Assembly (NCBI GenBank): GCA_024137785.1
Contig: JAHRHZ010000166.1
Location: 947,367-1,011,366 of the forward strand
Reading direction: 5' to 3'
DNA length: 64,000 nucleotides
Source of the DNA: Ginglymostoma cirratum
Taxonomy: Eukaryota
In this document: positions 14,526-27,426 of the stretch, in pieces
Layout of the letters: each line of letters opens with the position of its first letter
How positions within the stretch are numbered: position 1 is the first letter of the stretch
The notes under the pieces: generated by a model
Database searches by the model: none
What the model was told of the DNA's origin: nothing
Seen by the model: the letters and a program-made list of their open reading frames with translations, nothing else
Made by a program: the position numbers and the translations under genes

Positions 14526-15280
14526 TGTGATGCTGGTGTGGCTTTTAGAGGTGTATTCTGACATTTTTAAAGAGAGATCTTAAGGGAAAGGAAGAGAGCT
14601 TCCTAGTGGTGGCACAGTGGTTAGCACTGCTACCTCGCAGCACCAGAGACCCGGGTTTAACTACAGCCTCGGGCGACTGTCTGCATGGGTTTGTTCTGGT
14701 TTCCCCCACAGTCCAAAGATGTGTAGGTTAGGTTGATTGGCCATGCTAAATTTTCCGTAGTGTTCAGGGAGGTGTAGATTAAGTGGGTTGTAGGGGGATA
14801 TGTCTGGGTGGGATGCTTTGAGGTTTGGTGTGGACTTGTTGGGCCGAAGGGCCTGTTTCCACACTGTAGGGATTCTATTCTAGTGAAGGCCCATAAGTTA
14901 AACTGCTTGCGAGGCCATTTTTTTTCTTTTAAGTTGGTGCAGACAGCTCTCGATGATTTCTGGTGTTTAGCTTTCAGCATTGATATTCATCAGCTGTTGT
15001 TGCTGGAGTTTCAACAAAGTTTCCTTGCTGCTACTCTCGCTAAGTTTTCTCGTGATTTTTCACCCCTTATGGATTGACGGAGTTACCTGTGAGAATATGT
15101 ACTTTTTTGAATTTTGCCAAGGTATGTGTTTATGGGATGTTACTATATTGGAGCAGTTAATTAGTAATAGTTACTGTATCTATCTTTCTGCTCTATTATT
15201 AAGTAGAGTTGTTACTTTTTCCTTTTTTTGCATTTTATAAACAGTGTTTGCTTAACATCGAATAGTTTGACATTGTGGTT
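14526..15280 (+). repeat. Solo-LTR remnant interrupted by a SINE
   Basis: tgtgatgctg start and internal similarity to LTR 5484-6128. Confidence 0.55.
14606..14880 (+). mobile_element. HE1-like SINE
   Basis: tRNA-like A/B boxes (tggcacagtggttagcactgc...gggtttaact) and 3' gggccgaagggcctgtttccacactgtagggattcta. Confidence 0.85.
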
Positions 15281-15284
15281 GACA

Positions 15285-16315
15285 GGGTCCTCAACTGTGT
15301 CCAATACATTTCCTGATATTCTAATCTCACGAGTTCTCTCCCCTTCCACGGCACTGGTAATGTCCCACGAGTCCTCGCTTACTATCCTTGCAACATCTGC
15401 AAGTATTATTGTTTACAAATCCCGCCATGTCTCACCACCAGCAGACATTCACCACTCCTCCCACTTCAGGCTTCGACATGTACTTTTGTGTCTAGACAAC
15501 ATGGTCCACTCATCCTCCACTCCCCACACCCCATGGCATCATCCTATGCAATCACAATATGTAACATCTGCCCATTTACTTCCTCCTTTCTCACAATCTA
15601 AGACCCCAGACACAACTTCTGGGGCGAAGCAGCAATTTATCTGGACTCACGCAATGTCTGCTGTATTCTCTGCTCACAATGTGGCGTCTTCTACCCTGGA
15701 GACTTGAAACATAAACTGGCGAATGCTTTGCAGAAAACTTATGTTCGGTCCAAAAGTATGACACCAAGATTCCTGAAACTTGCCACATCAACACACTACC
15801 CTGTCTTCTGGCCAAAATCTCTGCCTCGGGCTTGTTGTAGTGTTCCAGTGAAGCTTGGAGTAATCACGAATAACAGCATCTCATCTTTCATCTGGAGAGC
15901 CTGCAGTCTCCAGGACTCAAAATACAGTAAATAATGTTAGGGTCTGAGCATCTTCTCCTATGTCTTTACCCTGTCACAGACACAACAAGCCCGGCCATCA
16001 CTTGGGTTGTCAAAACATAATATAAACATTCCTAGTAAGTAATGGTCTCCAATAGCAGCTGTTGATTCTCCAGGCTGACCATCATCCATTTCTTTGTCTG
16101 CCAAACTTCGGTTTTCTCTCTGCCTCTGCTCCATGTTAACCTTTTTTTAAAACTTACCCAATCCCTCCACCTTATCGTCTGTTTATATAAACAAACTTTT
16201 TCTGATTACAATCAGTTCTGGAGAAGATCCCTGGATCTGAAACGTTCGCTCTGCTTTTTCTCCGCAGATGCTGTCAGATCTGTTGCCTTTGTTTTCTGCA
16301 GTTTCTGTCTCTTTT
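15285..16315 (+). mobile_element. Old Penelope-like element 3' fragment (GIY-YIG + tail)
   Basis: Degenerate similarity to the GIY-YIG region of the 51-kb copy; tail has a degenerate hammerhead-like core at ~16218-16250. Confidence 0.65.
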
Positions 16316-18132
16316 TTCCTTAATAATTCTGTTTTGGTCTTACTTGCTAACCCTGGGTCGTAAAATTACACTGATTGATAACTTCCCCTTGATTGTCATC
16401 TGGACGGCTTCTTGAAAAGGAATGTAATCTTTTCAATTAAAGACAATAACCTGAAAATTCATGGAGCCTGTCATTTACAAAGAGATATATTGGTTTCTTA
16501 AAGTATAAAAAAACGACGGAGCTAAATTGGCGTAATTGCACTGTTAACATGTCCTTTAATTGTCACCAATAGATTAGCCTCAATGTTATCAGTCACATCG
16601 TGAAAAAAAGCACTACGCAGTCATCCAGAGTGTTACAAAAATACAATGATCATAGACACCTACCAGGAACACCAATGACAGAAATCATTGTGTATATTTT
16701 CCTGATACTGTGAAATGCACACATGGATTCTTTTTCCTTGATACGATCTTTCCATTCATGCTTCAGGTACTCTCCCTGAATTGAAAACTGTGTAGCTACT
16801 CACAAACCAGCTAATAGAGATTCTGTGCTAATTACGTAGGGATATTGATGTTGCAGCGATTTCTGCAGCTAAGATTGTTGAAGACGAATGAGAAAACATC
16901 TCAAAAAGCCACGTTAAATGTGTATTGAAATGGACCATATTTCTTTGTAGATATTGAATCATGACACAAGAAAGATTGAAAAATGTTGAGCACATTATAT
17001 GTCCCTCGAGATATCGTGTTCATCCTTCATCATCATATCAAAGCCTACGTAAATAACGACGTTTTGGTAATCACTTTGTGCAAATTGCACAATAAAAATG
17101 CAACATTGAAACGCAATGTCAGGCCTGCTTGACGCAATTTGAAATTGCAAAATGGCGACACAACCTCAGGCCTGTTCGATAGCAATTCAGGATATGGCTG
17201 TTCACTTTAGTGTTGCCAACTTATATGGTTAGGATAAATCTCTAGGAATATCCAAGAAGTGGAAGCTAACTAGTTCCCCATTCAAATTCAATAGCATTAA
17301 CATCACTTAATTCACTAATATCAACATCATTGGAATTGTCGTTGAACATAAATTCAAATGTAATAGCCAAACCAATACTATGACTGCCGGAATTGTCAGA
17401 ATCTTTGAATGCTTCAGTGACTAACACTGTTCATTACTCCGCAAAGCCAACACAACATCTGGCAGGCACAGGTTAGCAGTTTAGTTTTTCCTTTCCTGGA
17501 TGAGTGAAGCTCTAACAATAATCAAGACACAATTCAAGGCAAAACAGCACGCTTGGTTTTAATCAAATCGACAAATATTCACTTCCTTCAATAGTAATGT
17601 TCAGTGTACCATTGGCAAGTTACACTGCAGTAATTCTAAAAGCCTCCTTAAACAGAATGTTGTAAACCCACGACCACTACCACCTAGACCGTCAAGGTTA
17701 ACAGTTACATGGGATCACTACGATCAAAACACAAGCAAAACGCAAGCCAAATTTAGCATATATCACCTGTCCTAGGGTCATGCAGCAGGGAAACCATCTC
17801 TTCAGTCCAACAAGTCAATACTGAGCATGATCCTAAAGTGAACTTGTGCGACCTGCCTGCTCATAGCCAATATCCCTCCGAACTTTTCGTATTCATGTAC
17901 TTATCCAAATAACTTTCAAACATTGTATTTGTGCCCACATCCACCACTTTCTGTGGAAGTTCTTTCCAAATCCGAACCACTCTTCAGTATCGTCTACTAA
18001 TAATTCTGGAGGCATTATAACACCCAACTGACTGGAGGTGGTCAAAAATATATCTCACCACAATTGTTTCATGTTCAATTTGAAATGGGAAATATATGCC
18101 GGCACATCCAACACTGGCAGATTTCTGTGCAA

Positions 18133-19815
18133 TTCACTGAGGAGAGGGACATGACGGATGTTGAGGTTAGGGATAGATGTTTGATTACTCTAGGTCAAGT
18201 CAGCATAAGGAGGGGGGATGTATTGGGTATTCCAAAAGGCATTATGGTGGACAAGTCCCCAGGTGCGGATGGGATCTATCCCAGGTTTTGAGGGAAGCGA
18301 GAGAGGAAATAGTTGGGGCCTTAACAGATATCTTTGCAGCATCCTTGAGCAGGGGTGAGGTCCTGGAAGACTGGAGGATTGCTAATGTTGTCCCCTTGTT
18401 TAAGAAGGGTAGCAAGGATAATCCAGGTAATTATAGACCGGTGAGCCTGACGTCAGTGGTGGAGAAGCTGCTGGAGAAGATACTGAGGGATAAGATCTAA
18501 TTACATTTGGAAGAAAATGGGCTTATTAGTGATAGGCTGCATGGTTTTGTGCAGGAAAGTTCATGTCTTACCAACTTGATTGAGTTCTTTCAGGAAGTGA
18601 CAAATTTGATAGATGATGGAAGGGCTGTTGATGTCGTATACATGGACTTCAGTAAGGCATTTGATAAGGTTCCCCATGGTAGGCTGATGGAGAAAGTGAA
18701 GTTCCATGGGGTTCAGGGTGTACTCGCTACATGAATAGAGAACTGGATGGGCAATAGGAGACAGACAGTTGTAGTGGAAGATAGTTTCTCAAAATGGAGA
18801 ACTGTGACCAGTGATGTTCCACAGGGATCTGTGTTGGGACTACTGTTGTTTGTGATATACAGAAATGATCTGGAGGAAGGTATAGATGGTTTGATTAGCA
18901 AGCTTGCAGATGACACTAAGATTGGTAGAGGAGCAGATAGTGATTGGTGGAGGAGCAGATAGTGAAGGGGGCTGTCGGAGAATGCAGCAGAATGTGGATA
19001 GATTGGAGAGTTGGGCGGAGAAATGGCAGATGGATTTCAATCCAGGCAAATGTGAGGTGATGCATTTTGGAAGATCCAATTCAAGAGCGAACTCTACGGT
19101 AAATGGAAAAGCCCTGGGGAAAATTGATGCAAGAGAGATCTGGGTGTTCAGGTCCATTGTACACTGAAGGTGGCAATGCAGGTGGATAGAGTGGTCAAGA
19201 AGGCATACGGCATGCTTTCATTCATCGTACAGGGTATTGAGTACAAGGATTGGCAGGTCATGTTACAGTTGTATAGGACTTTGGTTCAACCACATTTGGA
19301 ATACTGCATACAGTTCTGGTCGCCACATTACCAAAACGATGTGGGTGCTTTGGAGAGGGTGCAGAGGAGGTTCACCAGGATGTTGCCTGGTATGGAGGGC
19401 ACTAGCTATGAAGAGAGGTTGAGTAGATTAGGACTATTTACATTAGAAAGACTGAGGTTGAGGGGGGTCCTGATTGAGGTCTACAAAATCATGAGGGATA
19501 TAGAGTAGGGGACTCAATTACTTGGGCTTACGATTTCAAGATGAGAGGGGAAAAGTTTAAGAGTGATATGTGTGGAAAGTTCTTTACGCAGAGGGTGGTG
19601 GGTGACTGGAACGCATTGCCAGCGGATGTGGTAGAAATGGGCACGATAGTGTCATTTAAGATGTATCTAGACAGATACATGAATTGGCAGGGAGCAGAGG
19701 GATACAGATCCGTGGAAAATAGGCGAGAGGTTTCGATAGAGGATCTGGATCGGCGCAGGCTTGGAGGTCCGAAGGGCCTGTTCCTGTGCTGCAATTTTCT
19801 TTGTTCTTTCTTCTT
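18133..19815 (+). mobile_element. Young 5'-truncated CR1/HER1-like LINE
   Basis: GNYRPVSLTSVV, YMDFSKAFDKVPH, VPQGSVLG and KLADDTK motifs; ttctttg tail; ~22-bp tandem duplication at ~18920-18965. Confidence 0.92.
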
Positions 19816-20275
19816 TCTTCTTTGTTCGGATGTTAAGTATCCTGCAGAGAGTAACTTAACTATTAACTTCTCAAGTACTATTGAAAATTTATAAGGCACT
19901 TATCAGGAACATGATGGATTAAACCCCACTTGTCAAAAAATTGACATCATCTTAAATAACGGAACCAGCATGATTGCATCCTATTCATAAAATATTCATT
20001 ATTGTCCAACTTTCACAGAGCCAAAACCATGCATGCTTTGCATGAGTTCTTAGATAACAAATTCCCAAACAGACATCAGCAACTTTCTAGGAAATAAAAG
20101 GAAGAGAAGCACGTACCTGGAAACAACAGTGCTTGCGATAACTCTAGTGTTGGATATATTTCTCGTTGTGTGAACAATTAGTGGAAATTGCGTTATTGAA
20201 TACATTGATGCTGTGACCGTTGTTTAAGTTGAGAGAGAGATGTAGGCATATGGAATGAAATCCAAACCAGAACTT

Positions 20276-21168
20276 CCGTGTTACGTGACACCGAGTTATA
20301 GTACAATAAGTTTGTTTGAAATCACAAACTATCAAGCGCTGCTTCTTCATCAAGTGAATTGGGTGGAAGTGCACTGGCACACTGTTGTGAACTGAGTGTC
20401 GACAGTCGACAGGCTGAATAAAAAGGGTTTGCAGGTATCAAAAGTGTCAGACAGTGTGAACAAACTGTCAATTGCTAAGTAGCAAGTAAAGGGATGACCT
20501 ATGATTTGATTAACTGAAGCAGAGAGAGAATTACAAAAAGTAATAAAAATAAGATGATGCTAGTTACAAACCAAATGGCTAGAATAACATGATGGACGTA
20601 AGCGTCTCATGCCAAGGGTCAAACCAAGTAATAATTAATCCAAAACTGCACAAACTAATGAAGGTAGAGAAATCATAACTAGTTATCAAAGTAAAGTTGT
20701 CAAAACAGATCAGTAAGGAAGATTTTACAAACACAGAGGAGTATGGTGGGATTACGTGTAAAGAGATCACAACAAGTTACTAAGGTGATGTTGTCAAAAC
20801 AGGACAGAAAGGATGATTTTATAAATACATAAGGGTATGGTGGCTTTACATATAGTGCAACATTAACCCAAGATCACGGTTGACGCCGTCCAATGGGTAC
20901 CGAACTTGACTATCAATTTCTGCTCGGCGATTCTACTTTGTATTCTATCTCGACGGCCGCCTTAGGGGCTCTCCACTCACATCATTTGTACTATGTTTTC
21001 ATCTTTCCGTCTATAAATACTGTCCTTGTTTGTTCCCCTCCAGTTCAGCTAAAGAAAGAGCAGAGCTCAGAAATCTTGTGATTTATAACAACAGAAAAAG
21101 ACCTGTTGAACCATGACCTGGTGACTTCTGACCTGGTCCACCCCTGTCTAACAGAGGCACCTCAATGT
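20276..21168 (-). mobile_element. Penelope-like element, second family, 3' fragment with inverted terminal piece
   Basis: Minus strand encodes the EN C-terminus RIAEQKLIVKFGTH..GVNRDLG; a related tail recurs on the plus strand at ~21040-21168. TSD caaacca(g/a)aactt at 20263-20275 and 21169-21181. Confidence 0.65.
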
Positions 21169-23271
21169 CAAACCAAAACTTACTGAGTGAATGGCGCGCT
21201 GAAGAGTCTACATTCCATCCGTTTTCTCTCCTTTATAGTGTACTTATTGGAAAGGGTAAATACAAAATGATTGCACTGGAGATGGAAGAGAGGCTTTTCC
21301 AAGGGTATGTACAGAAATAGGGAAAATAAAACCAAGGAAGAAACTATGCAAAATTTGATTCGTTCTCACTACAAAATGTATGTTGAAACATTATCTCGTA
21401 GACTTGTGTATAATTATGACACGCTGTGAGAACGTAACTAAGGGTAAAATATTTATCATGTGAGAATGGTCACGTGAATGCACATTGTTAAAAAAGAAAC
21501 CAGCTACAATCTTTAGTAGGGTGTTGCGGGAACTTATTTAGCCCCATATCATTCGAGACACAGATCTCACTGACCGAAAAGCCAGTGGAGGCAAAATGCT
21601 CACCGGATCAAAATATATATTTGGCACCTTCTGCCATGTAGTGCTGTCGATCTAAACCATGTCGCCAAGGCAGACTGGGTGACTTCTCATTGGCCAACAC
21701 AGAAATTGCGAGTTCCTTCTACCCACATTTTTCTGTGATTATCTTTCATAGGGTTAATACTATCATAAGATTCTGGCTTTAGTTGCAATTGACGATTTTC
21801 AAACTGTAGCCAATAACTGAAGGATGACGTGCAGAAATGTTATAGAAAGTTATCTTGCTTAGTGCATATCTCAGGTAGACACTAGTGTGTTCAAAACGCC
21901 ACTACAAATTAATCTGTATCCTGAAAGGTATACTCGCTGGACTGGCCTTATTATATTCTCGTGACAGTTACAAAAAACACGTGGCTTTTTTTTTAGAAAC
22001 GATGGCTCTGAGTTGAGTGTGAAATTTTGACTCTGTTGCCACCAGTCTAGCTGTGAAAGATATATCTGTTAATGATAAAGATGGAAGAGGGACTGCAACT
22101 GCAAACATACCTTTTGCATATTTTTAGTCTGAATATCCCGGTAACTGTGAGATATTCAGTTAAAATTTAACAGCTCAAATTGGACACACATCTATGAGGT
22201 CTTGATAGCCACCAGTTTCAATAAAACAGTATTCTGTCATTATGCATAACATTACTGCAAGTCACGTTCCTCACTTTGCTGTTGATATCAGGTAAAGTGT
22301 GAAATTTAGTTTGATATTGAACCTCAAGGTTATTCATTCAGTTGGGAATGAATTATATCATAGTGCTATCTGGAAGAATATTGATGACAATGCCGCAGAA
22401 TTATGGCAAGATCTTGCTGCAACTCTACGTATTGTACATGTGAGGTTAGATGCAATTATTCTGTACATTGTAGCTCCCCTTTTCGTTTTAAAGAAAAAGA
22501 AGTATTTAATGAGTTCATATGTCCCATCATTTAACGTCTGAGCCAAAAGAACAGTCTACCAATCCGAATACAAAGTTAATGTAATGCTAAGTGCAGACAA
22601 AAAAAAAGGGCTAGATATCAACTGTCTCATCACTTCACCCCAAATCAACGGTCAGAGGCTAGACAAGTTGATGTTTTTGGTAAGTCATACGATTAAAACA
22701 CAGATCAGATACTGTACTGTCACTATGCATAGCTTTGGATGCCAAGCAAATATGTAAGGGTTCATGCTGCTCTGGTAGCACAGAGTTCTTGGAAGGAAAT
22801 GAAGGTGTTGAACTAACAGGATGGATTGTGATTTCAGGTTTGACTGGATAAATTCAGGATTTTCCTCCTTGTTCTAGTTATGGTGGAGTTCTTGACGCTG
22901 AGGTTCCACATGCCTGAACGATTAATGATAACATGGTACATAATGCTCAGTAGCTGCTAATTAATTTTTCTACTGAAAATATAAAGCCGACAACTGCAGA
23001 TGCTGGAACTCTGACTGTATCTGTAGGACAAAAGCAGAGCTAATCTTTGGAGTTCGGTGAATTTTCATCATAACACAGAGCTCTATGAAATGTCTTTCAT
23101 CATTGGCAAATTGGTATTACATTGCAAAGAGAAAATTAAATCATGTTCTGGTGCAACGTGTTCCATATTCCGGCTTTATTGTGTTCATTCCTCTACTAAA
23201 TTACATTTCCACAACCATGAGACAGAGTAGTAAAACAGATAGACACAGCATAGAGTCGAGGAAATGATGTA

Positions 23272-23433
23272 TTAAATAGTCCTGAACACAAGCTTCCTAT
23301 TGCTTTCTGAATGACAGATAACAGGAGAAGTGGTGTTCCAAACATCATAATCTGCTTCAGCTGATGAATGGTCGTTTCTCTTCACTGTCAGTGTCTTGAA
23401 TCTGCAGTCAATGCCAGCATTGGCATACAGTAT
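23272..23433 (-). CDS. Terminal cytoplasmic exon with two Tyr motifs
   Basis: ttcttccacag| then ILYANAGIDCRFKTLTVKRNDHSSAEADYDVWNTTSPVICHSESNRKLVFRTI*. Phase 0 matches the preceding donor, and a polyA signal lies downstream. Confidence 0.65.
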   Translation of the reverse strand: MLYANAGIDCRFKTLTVKRNDHSSAEADYDVWNTTSPVICHSESNRKLVFRTI

Positions 23434-24065
23434 CTGTGGAAGAATGAATACAAAGAAATCACACAAGGAAGAAGCAGTGGTCTTTCAACATTTGGTGATA
23501 ATTCTCCCATTCAGGTAGATCATATACGATTTTTATTCTCATGCACACATAATGGTTTCCAGTGCCCACTGACATTAAACAAAATGGCAGTAGAAATGGT
23601 TCCAGATCTCTTCTCTCTCCTGTGTACACAGCCGTTTTCTGAATGTCATGAAATAATGTTCAGGAATTATCTGTGATATCAGTGTTCAACAGAAAACAGC
23701 TTCTCTCTTTATAACTGACCAAATGACATAAACAGATTAATCATCACAAGTAGATCGTGTATTTCCATCCTTTACAGCCAGGGATAATTTCAAAACCTAC
23801 TTAACTAGTTCTGATAATGCAACAGTTTGAATAGTGTAATCATTTCATCGAAGCACCATTCTCGAATTAGATATAGTTATTGCTTGTAAATGACCAGATT
23901 TATACAGGTAGCTAAATTCAGTTCTACAAAAATGTTAAGTAGTGTAATTGTATTTGTTCATCGACTTGTGCCGCTGTTGATTGAATTTTGTACCTGCTAA
24001 ACTGAGTTTTATTAAACAAGTGAAAGGCTATTTCAGGTATTAAAAAGAACTCTTTGTACATTTAC

Positions 24066-24124
24066 CTCTTGTTTATGCTTACGTGCTTGCCAATCTTTGG
24101 TTCTCTTATCCATGTTCCAGTTCC
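24066..24124 (-). CDS. Exon: first cytoplasmic exon
   Basis: catcag|...gag|gtaaat, 59 nt, phase 1 to 0. Translates (G)NWNMDKRTKDWQARKHKQE. An alternative internal donor (gcac|gtaagc) is also possible. Confidence 0.6.
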
Positions 24125-24257
24125 CTGATGTAACAACAAATAAGCATCAAAATATCACGCTGATTGTTTTAATTAACGCGTAAATGTCAAAGAAAATGCT
24201 TGCACACGGTTGGGGATTAGGGAATGTTGCGTTACAGCAAACGTGGACACTTCCTAC

Positions 24258-24371
24258 CTGAGTCCCATTTTCTGTATGTCCATCCTGCAGTGACAGCAAA
24301 CACCAACAGAAGAATCATCATCACCATCAAAGTCCCATAACACATGAATTGGTTAGTGGTCTGTGGCTGTC
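24258..24371 (-). CDS. Exon: stalk + transmembrane helix
   Basis: tgttttcag|...|gtagga, 114 nt. Translates (G)QPQTTNQFMCYGTLMVMMILLLVFAVTAGWTYRKWDS: an uncharged hydrophobic stretch followed by RK. Confidence 0.82.
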
Positions 24372-25624
24372 CTGAAAACAAATGAGCAAAATAAAAACGT
24401 TTAGTAACCACAAGCTAAGCCATCAAGCAATTGCAGAAATAGCGAAAAAGACCACCAATGAATCATAATGTCATTGCACATATTTTTGCTCCCTCTTTTC
24501 TGCATGAACATAAATTCATCCTATCACTCTGACATGTCTCAATACACTTGTATCAATCTGACTCTTTTCCAAGATCTAATCCCTGTTGTGGAATGTAAAA
24601 GCATCAATAGTTCTACCAGCGAAGCAATTTAATGTCTTTTTTTCCTATTTAGACCTCCTCCCTGTTTCTTGACAATCATCACGCTTTTTAGTTACGTCCC
24701 CATTCCTCTTTAGCAAATAACAACTAAATCTTTCCCTCCAAAGGTCTTGCTGGGCAGCAGACAAAATATTTCTGGAATTTGATGCACTTTATCTTTGGTT
24801 CAAACTTTTAAATGTACAGTCGTCCAACTTTGTGTTAAAGGTTCAATTCAACATGTTCAAAACTGCATTAACTTCAAAAATAAATTTTCTTCTAATTAAC
24901 CCAAGCATGGCAACAGCGATCCATAGAACGCCGCCACTTTCATTTGAACACAGAATGATAAAACTTTATCAAAAGCATATTAACGTTCAATTACATTATA
25001 GCCAGCCTCTCTGGTATTAAAAGAGTTGCCCATTTTTCATTTTGTTATTTTGTTCTGCTACTAATTTTGAGTTACATGATGGAAATAACAGATAGGCTCT
25101 GGGACAGCTTTGAAAAAAGGGAAATAACAGATCAGATAAGTTTTTTTGTCAGGCCCCGCCTTGAGGTTAATCGCAGTCTGACATTGACTTTTTTTAAAAG
25201 GCTACTCACCGACACAGCCATCCCAGGGAAAAATTTCTGTGTTCGAAAACAGAGCAGAAGGTGGCTGTTAACGAGGGTAGTGCCTGACAGTTGTTTCCAG
25301 CAAGTCGGAAAGAGATCCAGTATTCAAACAGACAGCAATTTTTGAATGCTGACTGAGGCCTCGGGCAGTGTCAATCAGTCAATCCAGGTGGAACCAGAAT
25401 TAAAGATTTTTTTCCTGAAATATCAATTTCTGAGAGATTGTACAGAAATGCTGCTCTACAGCAAGATGATTGCAATCTCCCCTGCTGACCTGGTGCTCCA
25501 ACTTCCAGAAGCTCAAAGAAAAGAAATGCAGAATTATTGCTGGCTTTGCCTGGGAGAACTGAGGTGACGCTAATCAACGTTTCAGAAAAATAGGAGTCCA
25601 TGTTGGACTTGAAGCCCCAATACA

Positions 25625-27426
25625 ATTGCATCCCCCATGCAGATGGACTAAAGGATCTCTGCTTGTTTCTGTCCCGCAGGCCCAACCAGTCCCCCTCCAC
25701 TGACACTCTCATCCGCTGAGCTGAACTCGTACTCACCCTCAACAACTACTCCTTCAATTACTCCCACTTCCTACAAACAAAGGTGGTGGCCATGGTTACC
25801 CGCATGGGCCCAAGCTATGCCTGCTTCTTTCTAGGATACATGGAACAATCCCTCTTCCGTAGTTACACTGGCCCCATCCCCCACTTCTTCCTCCATTACA
25901 ACAATGACTGTATCGGTGCCTTCTCGTGATCCCATGAGGAGCTCGAAAAGTTCACCCACTTCACTAACACCTTCCACCCGAAACTTAAATTCTCCTGGAC
26001 AATCTCCGATACCTCCCTCTACTTCCTGGACCTCTCTATTCTCATCTCTGGCAAACACTTGGAAACCGATGTCCATTTCAAGCCGACTGACTCCCACAGC
26101 TACCGAGAGTACACCTCCTCTCACCCACCTTCCTGCAAAAAGTCCATCCCCATTCCCAATTCCTTCGTGTCCACCGCATCTGCTCCCGAGATGAAGCATT
26201 CCACTCCCAGACATCCCAGATGTCCTCGATTTTCAAGGACCTCAATTTCCCCTCCACAGTGGTCAAAAATGCACTCAACCGTGTCTCTCACATTTCCCAC
26301 AACTCATCCCTCACAACCCCTCCCTGCAATAACAGCCAAAACAGAATCCCCCTCGTGCTCACATACAATCCCACCAACCTCTGGATCCAACGCAGAATCC
26401 TCTGACACTTCCATCATCTGCAATCCGACCCCTAACCCTACCCCTAACCCTATCACAACCTTATCGGCTTTCAGGAGGGACCACTCTCTCCATGACTCCC
26501 TTGTCCGCTCCACACTCCCGTCTAACCCCATCACACCTGGCACTTTACCCTGCAATAGCAGCAAGTGCTACACCTGCCCCTACACCTCGCCCCTCACCCC
26601 CATCCCAGGCCCTAAGAAGACCTTCCACATCAAACAGATGTTCACCTGCACATCTGCTAATGTGGTATACCGTATCCGCTGTTCCCGTTGTGGCCTCCTC
26701 TACATTGGGGAAACCAAATGGAGGCTTGAGGACCGCTTTGTGGAACACCTACGATTGGTTCACAACAAACAACTGCACCTCCCAGTAGCAAAGAATTTCA
26801 AGTCCCCCTCTCACTCCTTGAATGACATGTCCATCCTGGGCCTCCTGCAGTGCCACAACAATGCCACCCGAAGTTAAGTTAAGTTAAGTTAAGTTAAAAT
26901 AAAAACTAAGGAGGAACAGCAATTCATATTTCACTTGGGAACCCTGCAGCCCAATGGTATCAATGTGGTCTTCACAAGCTTCAAAAGCTCCCCTCTCCTG
27001 AACGCATCCCAAAACCAGCCCAGCTCATAGCCGCCTCCCTATCCTGTCCTCCCACCTATCCACTCCTCCCACCTCAAGCCCCACTCCCATCTCCTCCAGA
27101 GTAGCCTCATCCCACCTCCCTGACCTGTCCGTCCTCGCTGGACCGAACTATCCGCTCCCTAACTCACCTTTACTGGCCCCAACCCCGCCTCCTTGACCTG
27201 TATGTCTCCTCTCCACCTATCTTCTCCTTTATCCATCTTCTGTCCGCCTCCATCTCTCTCCCTTTTTGTTTCAGAGCTCCCTTCCCCTTCCCCATTTCTG
27301 AAGAAGTGTCTAGACCCGAAACGTCAGCTTTCCTGCTCCTCTGATGATACTTGGCCTGCTGTGCTCATCCAGCTCTACACCATCTTATCTCAGATTCTCT
27401 AGAATCGGCAGTTCCTACTATCTCTG
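25625..27426 (+). mobile_element. 5'-truncated Penelope-like element (RT C-term, GIY-YIG, tail)
   Basis: NVVYRIRCSRCGLLYIGETK; same family as the 46-58 kb copies; hammerhead core at 27298-27325. Confidence 0.92.
26871..26896 (+). repeat. (AAGTT)5 microsatellite inserted in PLE
   Basis: Direct reading; absent from sibling copies. Confidence 0.9.

Larger units (their letters stand above)
10140..16724 (-). pseudogene. GPR139-like class A GPCR pseudogene (two coding exons)
   Basis: Exon 1 at 16724-16664: MCAFHSIRKIYTMISVIGVP|gtagg. Exon 2 from 11174: (V)NLVAFVILAQGKCGLS...; after a frameshift SAWFIVCFSID*FLAICCQKLKTKYC...NVPWF; then NTLTVRYTLV...RKSIILLF...LWLNY. DR motif mutated CGA>TGA, frameshifts, CR1 insertion in TM6, TM7 not found. 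Confidence 0.85.

Noticed and set aside
14606-14670. tRNA gene
   Set aside because: tRNA-derived SINE head continuing into SINE body; same for the other copies.
21996-22470. Plus-strand segments with splice-like ends
   Set aside because: Multiple stops and no recognisable domain.
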